DNA of 64,000 nucleotides from Pseudomonadota bacterium (GCA_021816585.1 JAKAXL010000004.1:49964-113963); one strand, 5' to 3'. Counted from the first letter of the stretch, positions 50,596-61,793 are shown. Numbers and translations are program-made. Notes: generated by a model not told the origin, from the letters alone.

Positions 50596-52128
50596 ATGAG
50601 TCCCATCCCGCCTTCCACCTCGCCGGGCACGGATCCGGCGGCGCAGCGCAGCCATGCCGACGCGGCTTCGGCATTGGCGCATGTGCAGGCCCTGTACGCC
50701 GACGGCGTCGCGCGTCTGCACGGCGCGCTGCGCGAAATGATTGCGCAGGGCCCCGCGGCGGCGCGCGTGCGCGCCTTCTATCCGCGCGTGCGCCTGGTCG
50801 TCGAGTCGGCCCCGCGGGCGCACATGCTGGCCGATTCGACCCCCAGCTACGGTTTCGTCTCCGCCCCCGGCGTGTTCGAAGCCACGCTGACGCGCCCGGA
50901 CCTGTACGCCGATTACTACCTCGAGCAGTTCGAACTGCTGCTGCGCAACCATCGCGCACCACTGCTCGTGGGGCCCAGCGAGGTGCCGATCCCGCTGCCC
51001 TTCACCTTCGACGAGCACACCCGCTTCGAGACCGAGCTCGACGGCGCGGCGCGCCGCGAACTGCTCGGCTGCTTCGACATGCCCGAGCTCGGCGCGATGG
51101 ACGACGGCATCGCCAACGGCACCTACGTGCCGGCACCGGGCCAGGCGCGGCCGCTGGCGCTGTTCACCGCGCCGCGCGTCGACTACTCGCTGCAGCGGCT
51201 GCGCCACTACACGGGGACCTCGGCCGAGCATTTCCAGAACTTCGTGCTGTTCACGAACTACGGGTTCTACGTCGACGAGTTCGTCGCGATGGCGCGCGAC
51301 ATGATGCGCCGTCCCCAGGCGAATGCGCAGGACTATTGCGCGCTGGTCGAGCCCGGCAACGTCGTCACGCGGCGCGCCGGGGCCGTCGGCCTGCCCACGG
51401 ACGCCGGCCAGCCGCCGCAGCGCATGCCGCAGATGCCGGCCTACCACCTGGTGCGCCCCGACCGCTCCGGAATCACCCTGGTCAATATCGGCGTCGGGCC
51501 GTCCAACGCCCGCACCATCACCGACCACGTCGCCGTGCTGCGCCCGCACACCTGGCTGATGCTGGGGCACTGTGCGGGCCTGCGCAGCACCCAGCAGCTG
51601 GGCGACTACGTGCTGGCGCACGGCTACGTGCGCGAGGACCACGTGCTCGACGAGGACCTGCCGCTGTGGGTTCCCATTCCGGCGCTGGCCGAGGTGCAGG
51701 TGGCGCTGCAGCAGGCGGTGGCCGACGTGACGCGCCTGCAGGGCCCCGAGCTCAAGCGCGTGATGCGCACCGGCACCGTCGCCAGCACCGACAACCGGCA
51801 TTGGGAACTGCAGCCTTTCGGCGGACCGCTGAGCACGCCGCGGCTGCGTTTCTCGCAAAGCCGCGCGATCGCGCTGGACATGGAGAGCGCGACCATCGCC
51901 GCCAACGGCTTCAGGCTGCGCGTGCCCTACGGCACGCTGCTGTGCGTCAGCGACAAGCCGCTGCACGGCGACCTCAAGCTGCCGGGAATGGCCGACCGCT
52001 TCTACCGCGAGCGCGTCGGGCAGCACCTGCGCATCGGCCTGCGCGCGCTGGAGATCCTGCGCGGCCAGCGCATGGAGCGCCTGCACAGCCGCAAGCTGCG
52101 CAGCTTCGACGAAGTGGCCTTCCAGTAG
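50596..52128 (+). CDS. amn: AMP nucleosidase
   Basis: 510 aa with an N-terminal Amn domain and a PNP/UDP phosphorylase-like C-terminal domain (NIGVGPSNARTITDH...LMLGHCAGL...ALDMESATIAANG). Confidence 0.85.
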   Translation: MSPIPPSTSPGTDPAAQRSHADAASALAHVQALYADGVARLHGALREMIAQGPAAARVRAFYPRVRLVVESAPRAHMLADSTPSYGFVSAPGVFEATLTRPDLYADYYLEQFELLLRNHRAPLLVGPSEVPIPLPFTFDEHTRFETELDGAARRELLGCFDMPELGAMDDGIANGTYVPAPGQARPLALFTAPRVDYSLQRLRHYTGTSAEHFQNFVLFTNYGFYVDEFVAMARDMMRRPQANAQDYCALVEPGNVVTRRAGAVGLPTDAGQPPQRMPQMPAYHLVRPDRSGITLVNIGVGPSNARTITDHVAVLRPHTWLMLGHCAGLRSTQQLGDYVLAHGYVREDHVLDEDLPLWVPIPALAEVQVALQQAVADVTRLQGPELKRVMRTGTVASTDNRHWELQPFGGPLSTPRLRFSQSRAIALDMESATIAANGFRLRVPYGTLLCVSDKPLHGDLKLPGMADRFYRERVGQHLRIGLRALEILRGQRMERLHSRKLRSFDEVAFQ

Positions 52129-52164
52129 CGGCAGCGCGGCGCGCCGCGTCGCCGCGTCGCCGTG

Positions 52165-53016
52165 TCAGGCGCCCGCGCCGCCGGCCTCGGCGACCCAGCT
52201 CGCCCACTCGCGCAGCAGCGCGTCGTCCACCGCGGCCAGCGCCGAGCGCTTGCGCAGCGAGTTGTCGAACACCTCGTCGCCCTGCAGGGTCTGTGCGCTG
52301 CCTCCGGCCTCGGCGAGGATCAGGCTTCCGGCGGCGAAGTCCCACAGCCCCTGCGAGCCGTGCACGTAGACGTGGAAGCGCCCGGCGGCGACCCAGCACC
52401 AGTCCAGCGCCACCGAGCCCAGCGAGCGTTGCGACGCGTAGGGCGGCGCGGTGGCCAGCCGGCCGGCCAGCGCGGCCGGCAGGCGCTTGAAGTCGACGCA
52501 GGCGATGGCGCGGCGCAGCGGCGGCGCGGCGGGGCAGCGCAACGGCCGGCCCTGCAGGCGAGCGCCGCGCCCCAGCGCGGCGTCGAAGAGTTCGTCACGC
52601 ATCACGTCGAGCACCAGGCCGAGGCGTACGCGGCCGCCTTGCACCCAGGCCAGCGAGGGGCCGAAGGCCGGCAGCCCGGCGGCGAAGTTGCTCGTCCCGT
52701 CCAGCGGATCGAGCACCCACAGCCCGGCTCCATCGGGAGCGGCGGCCTCCGCGCGCATCAGCTCGAGCTGGCGCTGCGGGCTCATCTCCTCGCCCAGCAG
52801 CGGCACCGCCGGCCAGCGCTCGCCCAGGCGCGACTGCAGGTGGCGCTGCATCGCCAGGTCGGCGTCGGTCACCCAGCTGCCGTCGTCCTTCAGGCGCGCG
52901 CGCGGATCCGCGGCATGCGGCAGGATGTGCAGTCGCGCCGCCTCGCGCAGCAGCGTGCCGAGGGTGTCGAGGTCGGCGGGGGTGGGTTGCGCAGCGGGCA
53001 TGGCGGCCGGTTCCAT
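52165..53016 (-). CDS. Inositol monophosphatase family protein
   Basis: 283 aa (WVTDADLAMQ...LLGEE...WVLDPLDGTSNF...WDFAAGSLILAEAGG). An alternative start is at 53001. Confidence 0.8.
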   Translation of the reverse strand: MEPAAMPAAQPTPADLDTLGTLLREAARLHILPHAADPRARLKDDGSWVTDADLAMQRHLQSRLGERWPAVPLLGEEMSPQRQLELMRAEAAAPDGAGLWVLDPLDGTSNFAAGLPAFGPSLAWVQGGRVRLGLVLDVMRDELFDAALGRGARLQGRPLRCPAAPPLRRAIACVDFKRLPAALAGRLATAPPYASQRSLGSVALDWCWVAAGRFHVYVHGSQGLWDFAAGSLILAEAGGSAQTLQGDEVFDNSLRKRSALAAVDDALLREWASWVAEAGGAGA

Positions 53017-53022
53017 GTCGAC

Positions 53023-54615
53023 TCAGGACTCGCCGGGCGGCGCGCCCGGCACCAGGATGGTCGGCGCCGCCGGAGCCGCGCTGCGCGGCCAGTCGGTGCT
53101 GTAGTGCAGGCCGCGGCTTTCGTGGCGCAGCCGCGCCGAGCGCACGATCAGCTCGGCCACCTGCAGCAGGTTGCGCAGTTCCAGCAGGTCGCGGTTGACG
53201 CGGAAGTTGGCATAGAACTCCTGCACCTCGGCCTGCAGCAGCGCGATGCGGTGCGCGGCGCGCTCCAGGCGCTTGTCGGTTCGCACGATGCCGACGTAGT
53301 TCCACATCATGCGCCGCAGTTCGTCCCAGTTGTGGCTGAGCACCACCAGTTCGTCGGCGTCGCTGACCCGGCTCTCGTCCCATGCCCGCACGTGCGGCAG
53401 CGGCTGCGGCGGCTCCTGCGCGATGGCGCGCGCGGCCGCGGTGCCGAACACCACGCATTCCAGCAGGGAGTTGCTGGCCAGCCGGTTGGCCCCGTGCAGG
53501 CCCGTGTAGGCCACCTCGCCGATCGCGTGCAGGCCCGGCAGGTCGGTGCGTCCGGCCAGGTCCGTGAGCACGCCGCCGCAGGTGAAGTGCACCGCGGGGA
53601 CGACCGGGATCGGCTCGCGCACCATGTCGATTCCCAGCTCCAGGCAGCGCTGATGGATGGTCGGGAAGTGGTGACGGATGAAGTCCTCGCCGCGCGACGT
53701 GATGTCCAGGTACACGCAGTCCAGGCCGTGGCGCTTCATCTCGAAGTCGATGGCACGCGCCACCACGTCGCGCGGCGCCAGTTCGGCTCGCTCGTCGTGC
53801 GCCGGCATGAAGCGGGTGCCGTCGGGAAGCAGCAGCACTCCGCCTTCGCCGCGCACGGCTTCGGAAATCAGGAAGTTCTTCGCCTTCGGGTGGTACAGGC
53901 AGGTCGGGTGGAACTGGATGAACTCCATGTTCGCGACCCGGCAGCCGGCGCGCCACGCCATGGCCACGCCGTCTCCGCTGGCGGTGTCGGGGTTGGTCGT
54001 GTAGCGATACACCTTGCCGGCGCCCCCGGTGGCCAGCACGGTGTGCGGCGCGGCGAACACCTGCACGCGCGCGCTGTCCAGGTCCAGCGCGTAGACGCCC
54101 CAGCAGCGGTGGTTGCGCGCGTCGTCGACATGGCGCCCGGTGATCAGGTCGACCGCGACATGGTGGTCCAGCAGCGTGATGCGCGGATGCGCGCGTACCC
54201 GCGCCAGCAGCGTGCGCTGGATCGCCGCGCCGGTGGCATCGGCGACATGCGCGATGCGGCGCTGGCTGTGTCCGCCCTCGCGCGTCAGGTGCAGCTCGCC
54301 CTGCTCGGTATCGAAGGGCACGCCCTGCGCGCGCAGCCACTCGATCGCCGCCGGCCCCTGCTCGACGACGAAGCGCGTGGCCGGCAGGTCGTTGAGCATC
54401 GCGCCGGCGACCATGGTGTCGTGCACGTGCGACTCGAAGCTGTCGCCGCTGCCCAGCACGGCGGCGATGCCGCCCTGCGCCCACTGGCTGGACGAGACCT
54501 CGAACTCGCGCTTGGCCAGCACCGTCACCGACTGGTGCTCGGCGAGTTGCAGCGCGGCGCTGAGCCCGGCGAGGCCTCCGCCGATGATGATCACATCGCT
54601 GGTATGCATGGGCAT
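53023..54615 (-). CDS. nadB: L-aspartate oxidase
   Basis: 530 aa from ATG 54615 (DVIIIGGGLAGLSAAL...AQGGIAAV...HPTCLYHP...SRGLHY). The ORF-track start at 54813 is rejected. Confidence 0.9.
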   Translation of the reverse strand: MPMHTSDVIIIGGGLAGLSAALQLAEHQSVTVLAKREFEVSSSQWAQGGIAAVLGSGDSFESHVHDTMVAGAMLNDLPATRFVVEQGPAAIEWLRAQGVPFDTEQGELHLTREGGHSQRRIAHVADATGAAIQRTLLARVRAHPRITLLDHHVAVDLITGRHVDDARNHRCWGVYALDLDSARVQVFAAPHTVLATGGAGKVYRYTTNPDTASGDGVAMAWRAGCRVANMEFIQFHPTCLYHPKAKNFLISEAVRGEGGVLLLPDGTRFMPAHDERAELAPRDVVARAIDFEMKRHGLDCVYLDITSRGEDFIRHHFPTIHQRCLELGIDMVREPIPVVPAVHFTCGGVLTDLAGRTDLPGLHAIGEVAYTGLHGANRLASNSLLECVVFGTAAARAIAQEPPQPLPHVRAWDESRVSDADELVVLSHNWDELRRMMWNYVGIVRTDKRLERAAHRIALLQAEVQEFYANFRVNRDLLELRNLLQVAELIVRSARLRHESRGLHYSTDWPRSAAPAAPTILVPGAPPGES

Positions 54616-54649
54616 GGCGGGCCGCCGGCCGTGTCGGCTTCGCAAGGGT

Positions 54650-55507
54650 TCAGATTTCCAGGTTGTCGAGCAGGCGCGTGGTGCCCAGGCGCGCCGCGCC
54701 GAGCACCACCAGCGCGTCGGGGCGTCCGAGGTCCTGCGCCTGCGGCGTCTGCAGGTCGGCGCGCCGACGCACGCTGACATAGTCGGGAGCCCAGCCGAGT
54801 TCGCGCAGCGCATGCGCGGCCGCGTGCTGCGCCTGCCGCAGTTGCTCCAGGTCGGTGCAGGCTCGCGCCGTCTCGGCCAACGCGCGCAGCGTGCGCTGCA
54901 ATTGCGGCGCCTGCGCGCGCTCGGCAGCGCCGAGATAGCCGTTGCGCGACGACATCGCCAGTCCGTCGCTCTCGCGCACGGTGTCGAGGCCCTCGATGCG
55001 CACGTCGAGCGCGAACTGCTCGACCATGGCGCGCACCAGCAGCAGTTGCTGGTAGTCCTTCTTGCCGAACACCGCCGCCGCCGGCCGCACCAGCTGGAAC
55101 AGTTTCAGCACCACGGTGGCGACGCCTTCGAAATGCCCGGGGCGCGCGGCGCCCTCGAGCTCGCCGGCCAGTCGCGGATCGGGGTGCACGTGGAAGGTCT
55201 GCGGCACCGGGTACATCTGTGCCTCGTCGGGCGCGAACAGCAGCCGGCAACCGGCCTGCTCGAGCAACTCGGCGTCGCGCTGCAGGGTCCGCGGGTAGCG
55301 ATCGAAGTCTTCGCCGGGGCCGAACTGCAGGCGGTTGACGAACACGCTGGCGACCACCGGCGCGTCGGTTTCGCGCGCGAGTTCGCAGGCGCGGGCGACC
55401 AGCGCCAGGTGCCCGGCGTGCAGGTTTCCCATGGTCGGCACGAGCACCGGGCGGGGAAGCGGGTCCAGCGCGCGGTGCAGTTCGGCGCGGGTGTGCAGGA
55501 TGCGCAT
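54650..55507 (-). CDS. panC: Pantoate--beta-alanine ligase
   Basis: 285 aa from ATG 55507 (VPTMGNLHAGHLALV...VNRLQFGPGEDFDRYPRT...GKKDYQQ...SSRN). Confidence 0.9.
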   Translation of the reverse strand: MRILHTRAELHRALDPLPRPVLVPTMGNLHAGHLALVARACELARETDAPVVASVFVNRLQFGPGEDFDRYPRTLQRDAELLEQAGCRLLFAPDEAQMYPVPQTFHVHPDPRLAGELEGAARPGHFEGVATVVLKLFQLVRPAAAVFGKKDYQQLLLVRAMVEQFALDVRIEGLDTVRESDGLAMSSRNGYLGAAERAQAPQLQRTLRALAETARACTDLEQLRQAQHAAAHALRELGWAPDYVSVRRRADLQTPQAQDLGRPDALVVLGAARLGTTRLLDNLEI

Positions 55508-55548
55508 CGGCAGGGGGTTCGGGTGGGGCGGGGCCGGGCGCCGCCGGT

Positions 55549-56412
55549 TCAGGCGACGTAGCCGTGCAGGGACTCGTCGGGAAAGGCGCCGGACTTGACG
55601 TCGCGCACGTAGGCCTCGACCGCCTCGCGCACGCCGGCGGCGCCGCGCATGAAATTGCGCACGAAGCGCGGTTTCGGGCCGAGGGTGATGTCGAGCATGT
55701 CGTGCAGCACCAGCACCTGTCCGTGGGTGCGCGCGCCGGCGCCGATGCCGATGGTGATGCCCGGGTACTCGGCGCTGAGGCGGGCGGCCAGCTCGGAGGG
55801 CACGAGTTCGAGCACCAGCATCGCCGCACCGGCCTTGCCGAGCTCGCGCGCATGCTGCAGCAAGGCTTGCGCGCCCTGCTCGTCGCGGCCCTGGATGCGG
55901 TAGCCGCCGAGCGCATGCACGCTTTGCGGCGTCAGCCCGAGGTGGGCGCACACCGGAATGCCGCGCTCGACCAGCGCCGACACCAGCGGCGCGGTCCAGC
56001 CGCCGCCCTCGAGCTTGACCATCTGCGCGCCTGCCTGCATCAGGGCCGCGGCGCTGCGCACCGCCTGCGCGGTGTCGGCCTGGTAGCTGCCGAAGGGCAG
56101 GTCGGCGATCACCCAGGCACGGCTGGCGGCACGCGCCACGCAGGACACGTGGTAGGCCATGTGATCGAGGGTCACCGGCAGCGTCGAGGCGTGACCCTGC
56201 ATGACCATGCCCAGCGAATCACCGACCAGCAGGCAATCGACGCCGCAGTCGTCGAGCAGCGCCGCGCTGGCGGCGTCGTAGGCGGTGAGCACCGCGACCT
56301 TCTCGCCGGACTCGCGCATGGCCCGCAGCCGGTGCAGGGTCATCGGCTTGCGTGGCGCGGGGGCCGCGCCCCCGTAGGGAGCGGTGGAGGCGGTGTCGGG
56401 TGCGGAGGACAT
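55549..56412 (-). CDS. panB: 3-methyl-2-oxobutanoate hydroxymethyltransferase
   Basis: 287 aa from ATG 56412 ([33 protein letters not shown]...VKLEGG...HLGLTPQS). Confidence 0.9.
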   Translation of the reverse strand: MSSAPDTASTAPYGGAAPAPRKPMTLHRLRAMRESGEKVAVLTAYDAASAALLDDCGVDCLLVGDSLGMVMQGHASTLPVTLDHMAYHVSCVARAASRAWVIADLPFGSYQADTAQAVRSAAALMQAGAQMVKLEGGGWTAPLVSALVERGIPVCAHLGLTPQSVHALGGYRIQGRDEQGAQALLQHARELGKAGAAMLVLELVPSELAARLSAEYPGITIGIGAGARTHGQVLVLHDMLDITLGPKPRFVRNFMRGAAGVREAVEAYVRDVKSGAFPDESLHGYVA

Positions 56413-56471
56413 GGTCGGCGTTGGATGCGTGTGGCGGAGGCCGCTTCGGGGGCGGGCGCCGCCACGCGGGA

Positions 56472-57320
56472 TCAGGAAGGCGTGTAGGCGAGTCGCAGGT
56501 ACAGCGGGGCGTAGGCTTCGGCCTGCGTGATCTGCACCAGCCCCTCGCGCGCCAGCTCGAGCAGCGCGATGAAGGTGACGACCGCGTGCAGCACGCCCTG
56601 CGTCGGCTCGAACAGTTCGCCGAATTCGGCCCAGCGGCGGTCGTGCAGGCGCCGCAGCACCCCGCTCATGATCTCGCGCATCGAGATCTGCTCGCGGCCG
56701 ATGGTGTGGTGCGCGTTCAGGCGCGCGCGGCGCAGCACCTCGGCCCACGCGTCGCGCAGCTCGTCGACGGCAAGCTCGGGCAGCAGCGAACGCGGCGTGC
56801 GCTCGACCACCGCCTGCACGCGCCAGAAGTCGCGCCCGGCCTGCGGCAGCGCGTCGAGCTGCTGCGCGGCCAGCTTCATGCGCTCGTACTCGAGCAGCCG
56901 GCGCACCAGTTCGGCGCGCGGGTCCTCGGGCTCGGCGCCGTCGACCGCGGGCGGGCGCGGCAGCAGCATGCGCGACTTGATCTCGATGAGCATGGCCGCC
57001 ATCAGCAGGTAATCGGCGGCCAGTTCCAGGTTGCTGCGCCGGATCTGCTCGACGTACTCGAGGTACTGGCGGGTGACCTGCGCCAGCGGGATGTCCAGGA
57101 TGTTGAAGTCCTGGCGCCGGATCAGGTAGAGCAGCAGGTCCAGCGGGCCCTCGAAGGCCTCGAGGAACACTTCCAGCGCGTCCGGCGGGATGTACAGATC
57201 CTGCGGCAGCTCGAACAGCGGCTGCCCGTACAGCCTGGCCACCGCCAGGCCGTCGACGGTCTGCGGCAGCGTCTCGTCGGCCGCCGCCAGGGCCTGCTCG
57301 GTGCCGTCGGGGACGGCCAT
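56472..57320 (-). CDS. scpA: Segregation and condensation protein A
   Basis: 282 aa from ATG 57320 ([35 protein letters not shown]...[12 protein letters not shown]). Confidence 0.85.
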   Translation of the reverse strand: MAVPDGTEQALAAADETLPQTVDGLAVARLYGQPLFELPQDLYIPPDALEVFLEAFEGPLDLLLYLIRRQDFNILDIPLAQVTRQYLEYVEQIRRSNLELAADYLLMAAMLIEIKSRMLLPRPPAVDGAEPEDPRAELVRRLLEYERMKLAAQQLDALPQAGRDFWRVQAVVERTPRSLLPELAVDELRDAWAEVLRRARLNAHHTIGREQISMREIMSGVLRRLHDRRWAEFGELFEPTQGVLHAVVTFIALLELAREGLVQITQAEAYAPLYLRLAYTPS

Positions 57321-57345
57321 CGCGCTGGGCGTCACGGGGAGTCGT

Positions 57346-57543
57346 TCAGTCGATGCCGTACACGTAGGCCTTCTGGCGCACGCGGGCGGAATCGAAGCCG
57401 GCATGCAGGTCGGCATCCTGCGGGTGGTCCCACCAGATGCTGCGGCCCTTCTTCTGCTCGGCTTCGAGCTCCGGGCGCTGGGACTTGAGTTCCTGCAGGA
57501 AACGCGTGGCTTCGGACACGTAGGGCTTGACGGCGAATGGCAT
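57346..57543 (-). CDS. Small conserved protein (DUF3460-like)
   Basis: 65 aa from ATG 57543 (MPFAVKPYVSEATRFLQELKSQRPELEAEQKKGRSIWWD). The family assignment is from memory and is weak. Confidence 0.5.
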   Translation of the reverse strand: MPFAVKPYVSEATRFLQELKSQRPELEAEQKKGRSIWWDHPQDADLHAGFDSARVRQKAYVYGID

Positions 57544-57625
57544 GGGCGTGAAGGTTGACGTACGTGGCGCGGCGCGGCCTCGCGCCGCAGGCGTCCGCGG
57601 ACATGCGGAAAGGGCCGGGGCGATT

Positions 57626-58684
57626 TTAAGTCCCGGAGCGATCCGGGGGGGCGTCGGGGGCCGGATCGAGCAGCCGGCACAGCGCCTCCCAGACCTCGTC
57701 GACTCCCGGGTCACGGCCGTTGCCGCCCACCGTGCGGGTGATCGCCGGGTCCTCGGGCAGCAGGACCTCGGGGCCGGTGGCCGCGCTGAACACCCCCACC
57801 AGCGGGCGGCGCAGCGCGGCCGCGAAATGCGTGAAGCCGGTGTCGACCCCGACCACGGCACGCGAGTCGGCAAGGTAGCCAAGCAGTTCGTCCAGCCCCT
57901 GCGGGGGCGGGTCGACGCGCACCGCGCCGGCCGGCAGCGCGGCGGCGATGGCGAGCGCGCGCGCGCGCTCGCGCTCGTTGCCCCAGGTCAGCTTGATGCC
58001 GATGCCGCGCCGGTGCAGGCGTCGCGCCAGTTCGATCCAGTGGGCCTGCGCCCACTCCCGGTGCGGGCGCGACACGCCGTGCGCGAGCAGTACCTGCGAG
58101 GCCCGCGGCGCGTCGACGGGCAGCGCCCGTGCCAGCCGGTACTCGACCGGCCGTGCCGGATCGGTCTGCAGCACCGCGGCGGCGAAGGCGCGCCGGCCCT
58201 CGGTTCCGTGCAGTCCGGCGGGGCGCGCGAAATGGGCGTCGTAGGCGCGCGCGGCCAGCGGTTCGCCGCCGCAATCCTCGGCGCGGTAGCCGGCGCGCAG
58301 GCCGGTGCGAGCCAGCCGGGACACGATCGAGCTCTTGAGCACGCTGTGCGGATCCCAGGCGAGGTCGTAGCGGGTCGCGCGCAGCCGCCGCAGCTCGCGC
58401 AGCAGGCGGCGCCACGCCTCGATCCGGCCGGGATGCTGCTGCAGTTCCTTCAGCGGCAGCGCGAACACCTCGCGCACGGCCGGGTGCCTGCGCGCGATCG
58501 CGGCGAAGCGTGTGTCCACCGCCCAGTCGATGGCCAGGCCGGGCCAGCGCGCCGCGATGTCCGACACCGCGGGCAGGGTCTGCACCTGATCGCCCATCGC
58601 CGACAGCTGCACCACCAGCAGCTCGCGCGGCTGCGCGGGAAGTCCGCCGCGTCCCCACGCCAGCGGCAGCTCGACGCGTCGCAT
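57626..58684 (-). CDS. Glycosyltransferase family 9 (LPS heptosyltransferase, WaaC-like)
   Basis: 352 aa from ATG 58684 (LLVVQLSAMGDQVQTLPAVSDI...GVDTGFTHFAAAL). Its start overlaps the upstream gene's stop by 1 nt. Confidence 0.8.
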   Translation of the reverse strand: MRRVELPLAWGRGGLPAQPRELLVVQLSAMGDQVQTLPAVSDIAARWPGLAIDWAVDTRFAAIARRHPAVREVFALPLKELQQHPGRIEAWRRLLRELRRLRATRYDLAWDPHSVLKSSIVSRLARTGLRAGYRAEDCGGEPLAARAYDAHFARPAGLHGTEGRRAFAAAVLQTDPARPVEYRLARALPVDAPRASQVLLAHGVSRPHREWAQAHWIELARRLHRRGIGIKLTWGNERERARALAIAAALPAGAVRVDPPPQGLDELLGYLADSRAVVGVDTGFTHFAAALRRPLVGVFSAATGPEVLLPEDPAITRTVGGNGRDPGVDEVWEALCRLLDPAPDAPPDRSGT

Positions 58685-59607
58685 CAGGCGCGCCGCGGCA
58701 CGCCCAGCGAGCGCTCGAGCACGCGTTCGAGCACGCGCAACGGCGCGGTCTCGGGGGCGAGCTGGTCGTCGGGGTGCAGGTAGAAGGTCTGTTCCATCAT
58801 GTGCTGTCCGCCCATCACGGCGTGCAGCACCTGGTCGGAGTACACCACCCAGGTGCTTCCCGGCGCGAAGTCCACCGCGGCCTGCGGCGCGTCGCGCTGG
58901 TAGTCCAGATCGGCCTTCGCCAGGTCGTGCAGCTGCAGCATCGCGTCGTCGTAGGGCGTGCGCAGCGACTTGGTCACGTGCAGCAGGCGCAGCAGCCGCG
59001 CCGAACCGGGAAGCGGCCGGCGCAGGCGTGGCGCGAAGCGCCGCGCGAAATCCTCGAAGGGCTCGCCGACCCGCCACTGGCGCGGGCGCTGCCCCGGGTG
59101 CACGTTGGTGAACACGCGCAGCAGCCGCACCCCGTGCATCGGATTCGACGGGAAGGCGTCGACGTGCAGGCGGGTGTCGTCGTGGCGCCACGAACTGCTG
59201 CGGCCGGCGACCTCGAAGGGACGCAGCGACGCGTTGCCGGCGCGCAGTTTGCCGCGGTACTGCGGGAACAGCCGCTCGACCAGTTGCTGCGCCTGCATGG
59301 CGAAGCGCCCGATCATCGCGCCCAGGGCCTCGAGCTGCTGCGGGGTGCCCTGCGCACCGCGCAGGCGCGAGCCCTCGCGCAGGCTGATGTTCTTCGACTT
59401 GCCGTCGCTCCAGCGCGGGTCGAGGAACGGGCGCTCGGACTCCTGCAGCACGAAGGGCAGCTGCGGGAAATGCAGCACGCAGCCGGTCTCGAGCAGATGC
59501 TCCAGGTGGGCGCCGGGGCCGTGCTCCCAGGCGGTGTCGTCGAAGCGTCGCAGCGATCGCTGCGGCGCGGACGCTTCGATCGCGGCGGCGGACATCGGCG
59601 CTGGCAT
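58684..59607 (-). CDS. Kdo hydroxylase-like Fe(II)/2-oxoglutarate dioxygenase (KdoO family candidate)
   Basis: 307 aa with an HxD...H facial-triad pattern (TRLHVDAFPS ... SDQVLHAVMGG). It is translationally coupled to the heptosyltransferase gene. An alternative start is at 59595. Confidence 0.55.
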   Translation of the reverse strand: MPAPMSAAAIEASAPQRSLRRFDDTAWEHGPGAHLEHLLETGCVLHFPQLPFVLQESERPFLDPRWSDGKSKNISLREGSRLRGAQGTPQQLEALGAMIGRFAMQAQQLVERLFPQYRGKLRAGNASLRPFEVAGRSSSWRHDDTRLHVDAFPSNPMHGVRLLRVFTNVHPGQRPRQWRVGEPFEDFARRFAPRLRRPLPGSARLLRLLHVTKSLRTPYDDAMLQLHDLAKADLDYQRDAPQAAVDFAPGSTWVVYSDQVLHAVMGGQHMMEQTFYLHPDDQLAPETAPLRVLERVLERSLGVPRRA

Positions 59608-59632
59608 CGCGGGCGGCTCCTTCGGCGCGGGT

Positions 59633-61789
59633 TCAGCTCACGCGCATGCCGGGCCTGGCGCCCGAGTCCGGCGAGAGCAGGAAGATTCCGCCGGCATCGT
59701 CGTCGCCCGACGCGGCCAGCACCATGCCTTCGCTGAGCCCGAATTTCATCTTGCGCGGGGCCAGGTTGGCGACCACCACGGTCAGCTTGCCGACCAGGCT
59801 CGCCGGGTCGTAGGCCGACGCGATTCCGGAGAACACGTTGCGCAGGCGCGGCATGCCTTGCGCGTCGCGTTCGCCCAGGTCCAGGCTCAGGCGCAGCAGC
59901 TTGCGCGAGCCCTCGACCGCCTGCGCGTCGTGGATGCGCGCGATGCGCAGCTCGATGCGCGCGAAGTCGTCGATGCCGATGCTCGACGGGGGCTGCGGCG
60001 CGGGCTTCGCGGCGGTCGCCGCGGCCGGCGCGGCCGGCTCGGGCGGCTGCAGCAGCTGCTCGACGACCTTCGGGTCGACGCGCTGCATCAGGTGCCGGTA
60101 CGGCGCCACGCGCTCGGGCAGTACGTCGCAGTCGGACCACAGGAAGTCGCGGTCCAGGCCGAACAGCTCGCGCGCCACGCGCGACGCGGTGGCCGGCAGC
60201 ACCGGGGCCAGCAGCACCGACAGGGTCCAGAATCCGGCCAGCGCCCTCGAGCACACGTCCTGCAGCTGCGCGCGCTGCGACTCGTCCTTCGCCAGTACCC
60301 AGGGTTGCGCGGCATCGAAGGCGGTGTTGATGCGGTCCGCGTGCGCCATGATCTCGCGCAGCGCGCGGGCGTATTCGCGCGCGTCGAGCGCGGCCAGCGT
60401 GTCGTGCGCCAGCGCCTGCGCCTGCTGGCGAAGCTCGTCGGTCGCGCCCAGGTAGCGCAGGCGGCCGTCGAAGGACTGGGTGATGAAGCGGCTGGCGCGG
60501 CTGGCGATGTTCACGTACTTGCCGATCAGGTCGCTGTTGACCCGCGCGACGAAGTCGTCGGCGCCGAAGTCCAGGTCGTCGACGCGCGCCGACAGCTTGG
60601 CCGCGAGGTAGTAGCGCAGCCATTCGGCGTCGAGCTTGAGCTCGAGATAGCGCAGCGGCGAGATGCCGGTGCCGCGGCTCTTGCTCATCTTCTCGCCGCC
60701 GACCGTGACGTGGCCGTGCACGTTGATCTGGCTCGGCGTCTTGCGTCCGGAGAACTCGAGCATGGCGGGCCAGAACAGCGTGTGGAAATACACGATGTCC
60801 TTGCCGATGAAGTGCACCTGTTCGACCGCCGGGTCGGCGATGAACTCCTCGTAGCTCTGGCGCGTGCGCGAGGCCTCGTGCCAGTGCGCGGCCGCCTGTC
60901 CCTTGTCGAAGTGGTTCTTCAGGCTCGCCAGGTAGCCGATCGGCGCGTCCAGCCAGACGTAGAAGTACTTGCCCGGCGCATCGGGGATCTCGATGCCGAA
61001 GTAGGGGGCGTCGCGCGAGATGTCCCAGTCGGCCAGCCCGCCGTGGCCGTTGGCGTCGACCGCGAACCACTCGCGCACCTTGTTGAGCACTTCCGGCTGC
61101 AGGCGCGGCGCGCCGTGCCCGGTGCTGCCCTGGGTCCAGCCGCGCAGGAATTCGGCGCAGCGCGGCGACGACAGCTGGAAGAAGTGGTGCTCGCTGCTGC
61201 GCAGCTCCGGCGTGGCACCCGACAGCACGGAATAAGGCTGGCGCAGCTCGGTGGGGCCGTACACGGCCCCGCACACCTCGCAGGAGTCGCCGTACTGGTC
61301 GGCGGCATCGCACTTCGGGCAATGCCCCTTGATGTAGCGGTCGGGCAGGAACATGCCCTTGACGGGGTCGTAGAACTGCTCGATGGTGCGCGCGTAGATC
61401 AGCCCCGCCTTGCGCAGCGCGCGGTAGATGTCCTGCGCCAGCTGGTGGTTCTCCGGCGCGTCGGTGCTGTGCCAGTTGTCGAAGCGGATCAGGAAACCGT
61501 CGAGGTAGGCGCGACGCCCGGCGGCGATCGCGGCGACGAATTCCTGCGGCGTCTGGCCGGCCTTCTCGGCGGCGATCATGATCGGCGCGCCATGCGCGTC
61601 GTCGGCGCAGACGAAATGCACCTCGTGGCCGAGCATGCGCTGCAGGCGCACCCAGATGTCGGCCTGGATGTACTCCATCATGTGGCCGATGTGGAAGGCG
61701 CCGTTGGCGTACGGCAGCGCCGTGGTGACGAACAGGCGGCGCTTGCTCTGTGCGGGCTGGCTGGCGGGGGAATGCGTCGGCGATGTCAT
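59633..61789 (-). CDS. metG: Methionine--tRNA ligase
   Basis: 718 aa from ATG 61789. It has a HIGH-type motif ([15 protein letters not shown]), KMSKS, and a C-terminal tRNA-binding domain. The ORF-track start at 61852 is rejected. Confidence 0.95.
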   Translation of the reverse strand: MTSPTHSPASQPAQSKRRLFVTTALPYANGAFHIGHMMEYIQADIWVRLQRMLGHEVHFVCADDAHGAPIMIAAEKAGQTPQEFVAAIAAGRRAYLDGFLIRFDNWHSTDAPENHQLAQDIYRALRKAGLIYARTIEQFYDPVKGMFLPDRYIKGHCPKCDAADQYGDSCEVCGAVYGPTELRQPYSVLSGATPELRSSEHHFFQLSSPRCAEFLRGWTQGSTGHGAPRLQPEVLNKVREWFAVDANGHGGLADWDISRDAPYFGIEIPDAPGKYFYVWLDAPIGYLASLKNHFDKGQAAAHWHEASRTRQSYEEFIADPAVEQVHFIGKDIVYFHTLFWPAMLEFSGRKTPSQINVHGHVTVGGEKMSKSRGTGISPLRYLELKLDAEWLRYYLAAKLSARVDDLDFGADDFVARVNSDLIGKYVNIASRASRFITQSFDGRLRYLGATDELRQQAQALAHDTLAALDAREYARALREIMAHADRINTAFDAAQPWVLAKDESQRAQLQDVCSRALAGFWTLSVLLAPVLPATASRVARELFGLDRDFLWSDCDVLPERVAPYRHLMQRVDPKVVEQLLQPPEPAAPAAATAAKPAPQPPSSIGIDDFARIELRIARIHDAQAVEGSRKLLRLSLDLGERDAQGMPRLRNVFSGIASAYDPASLVGKLTVVVANLAPRKMKFGLSEGMVLAASGDDDAGGIFLLSPDSGARPGMRVS

Positions 61790-61793
61790 GCGC

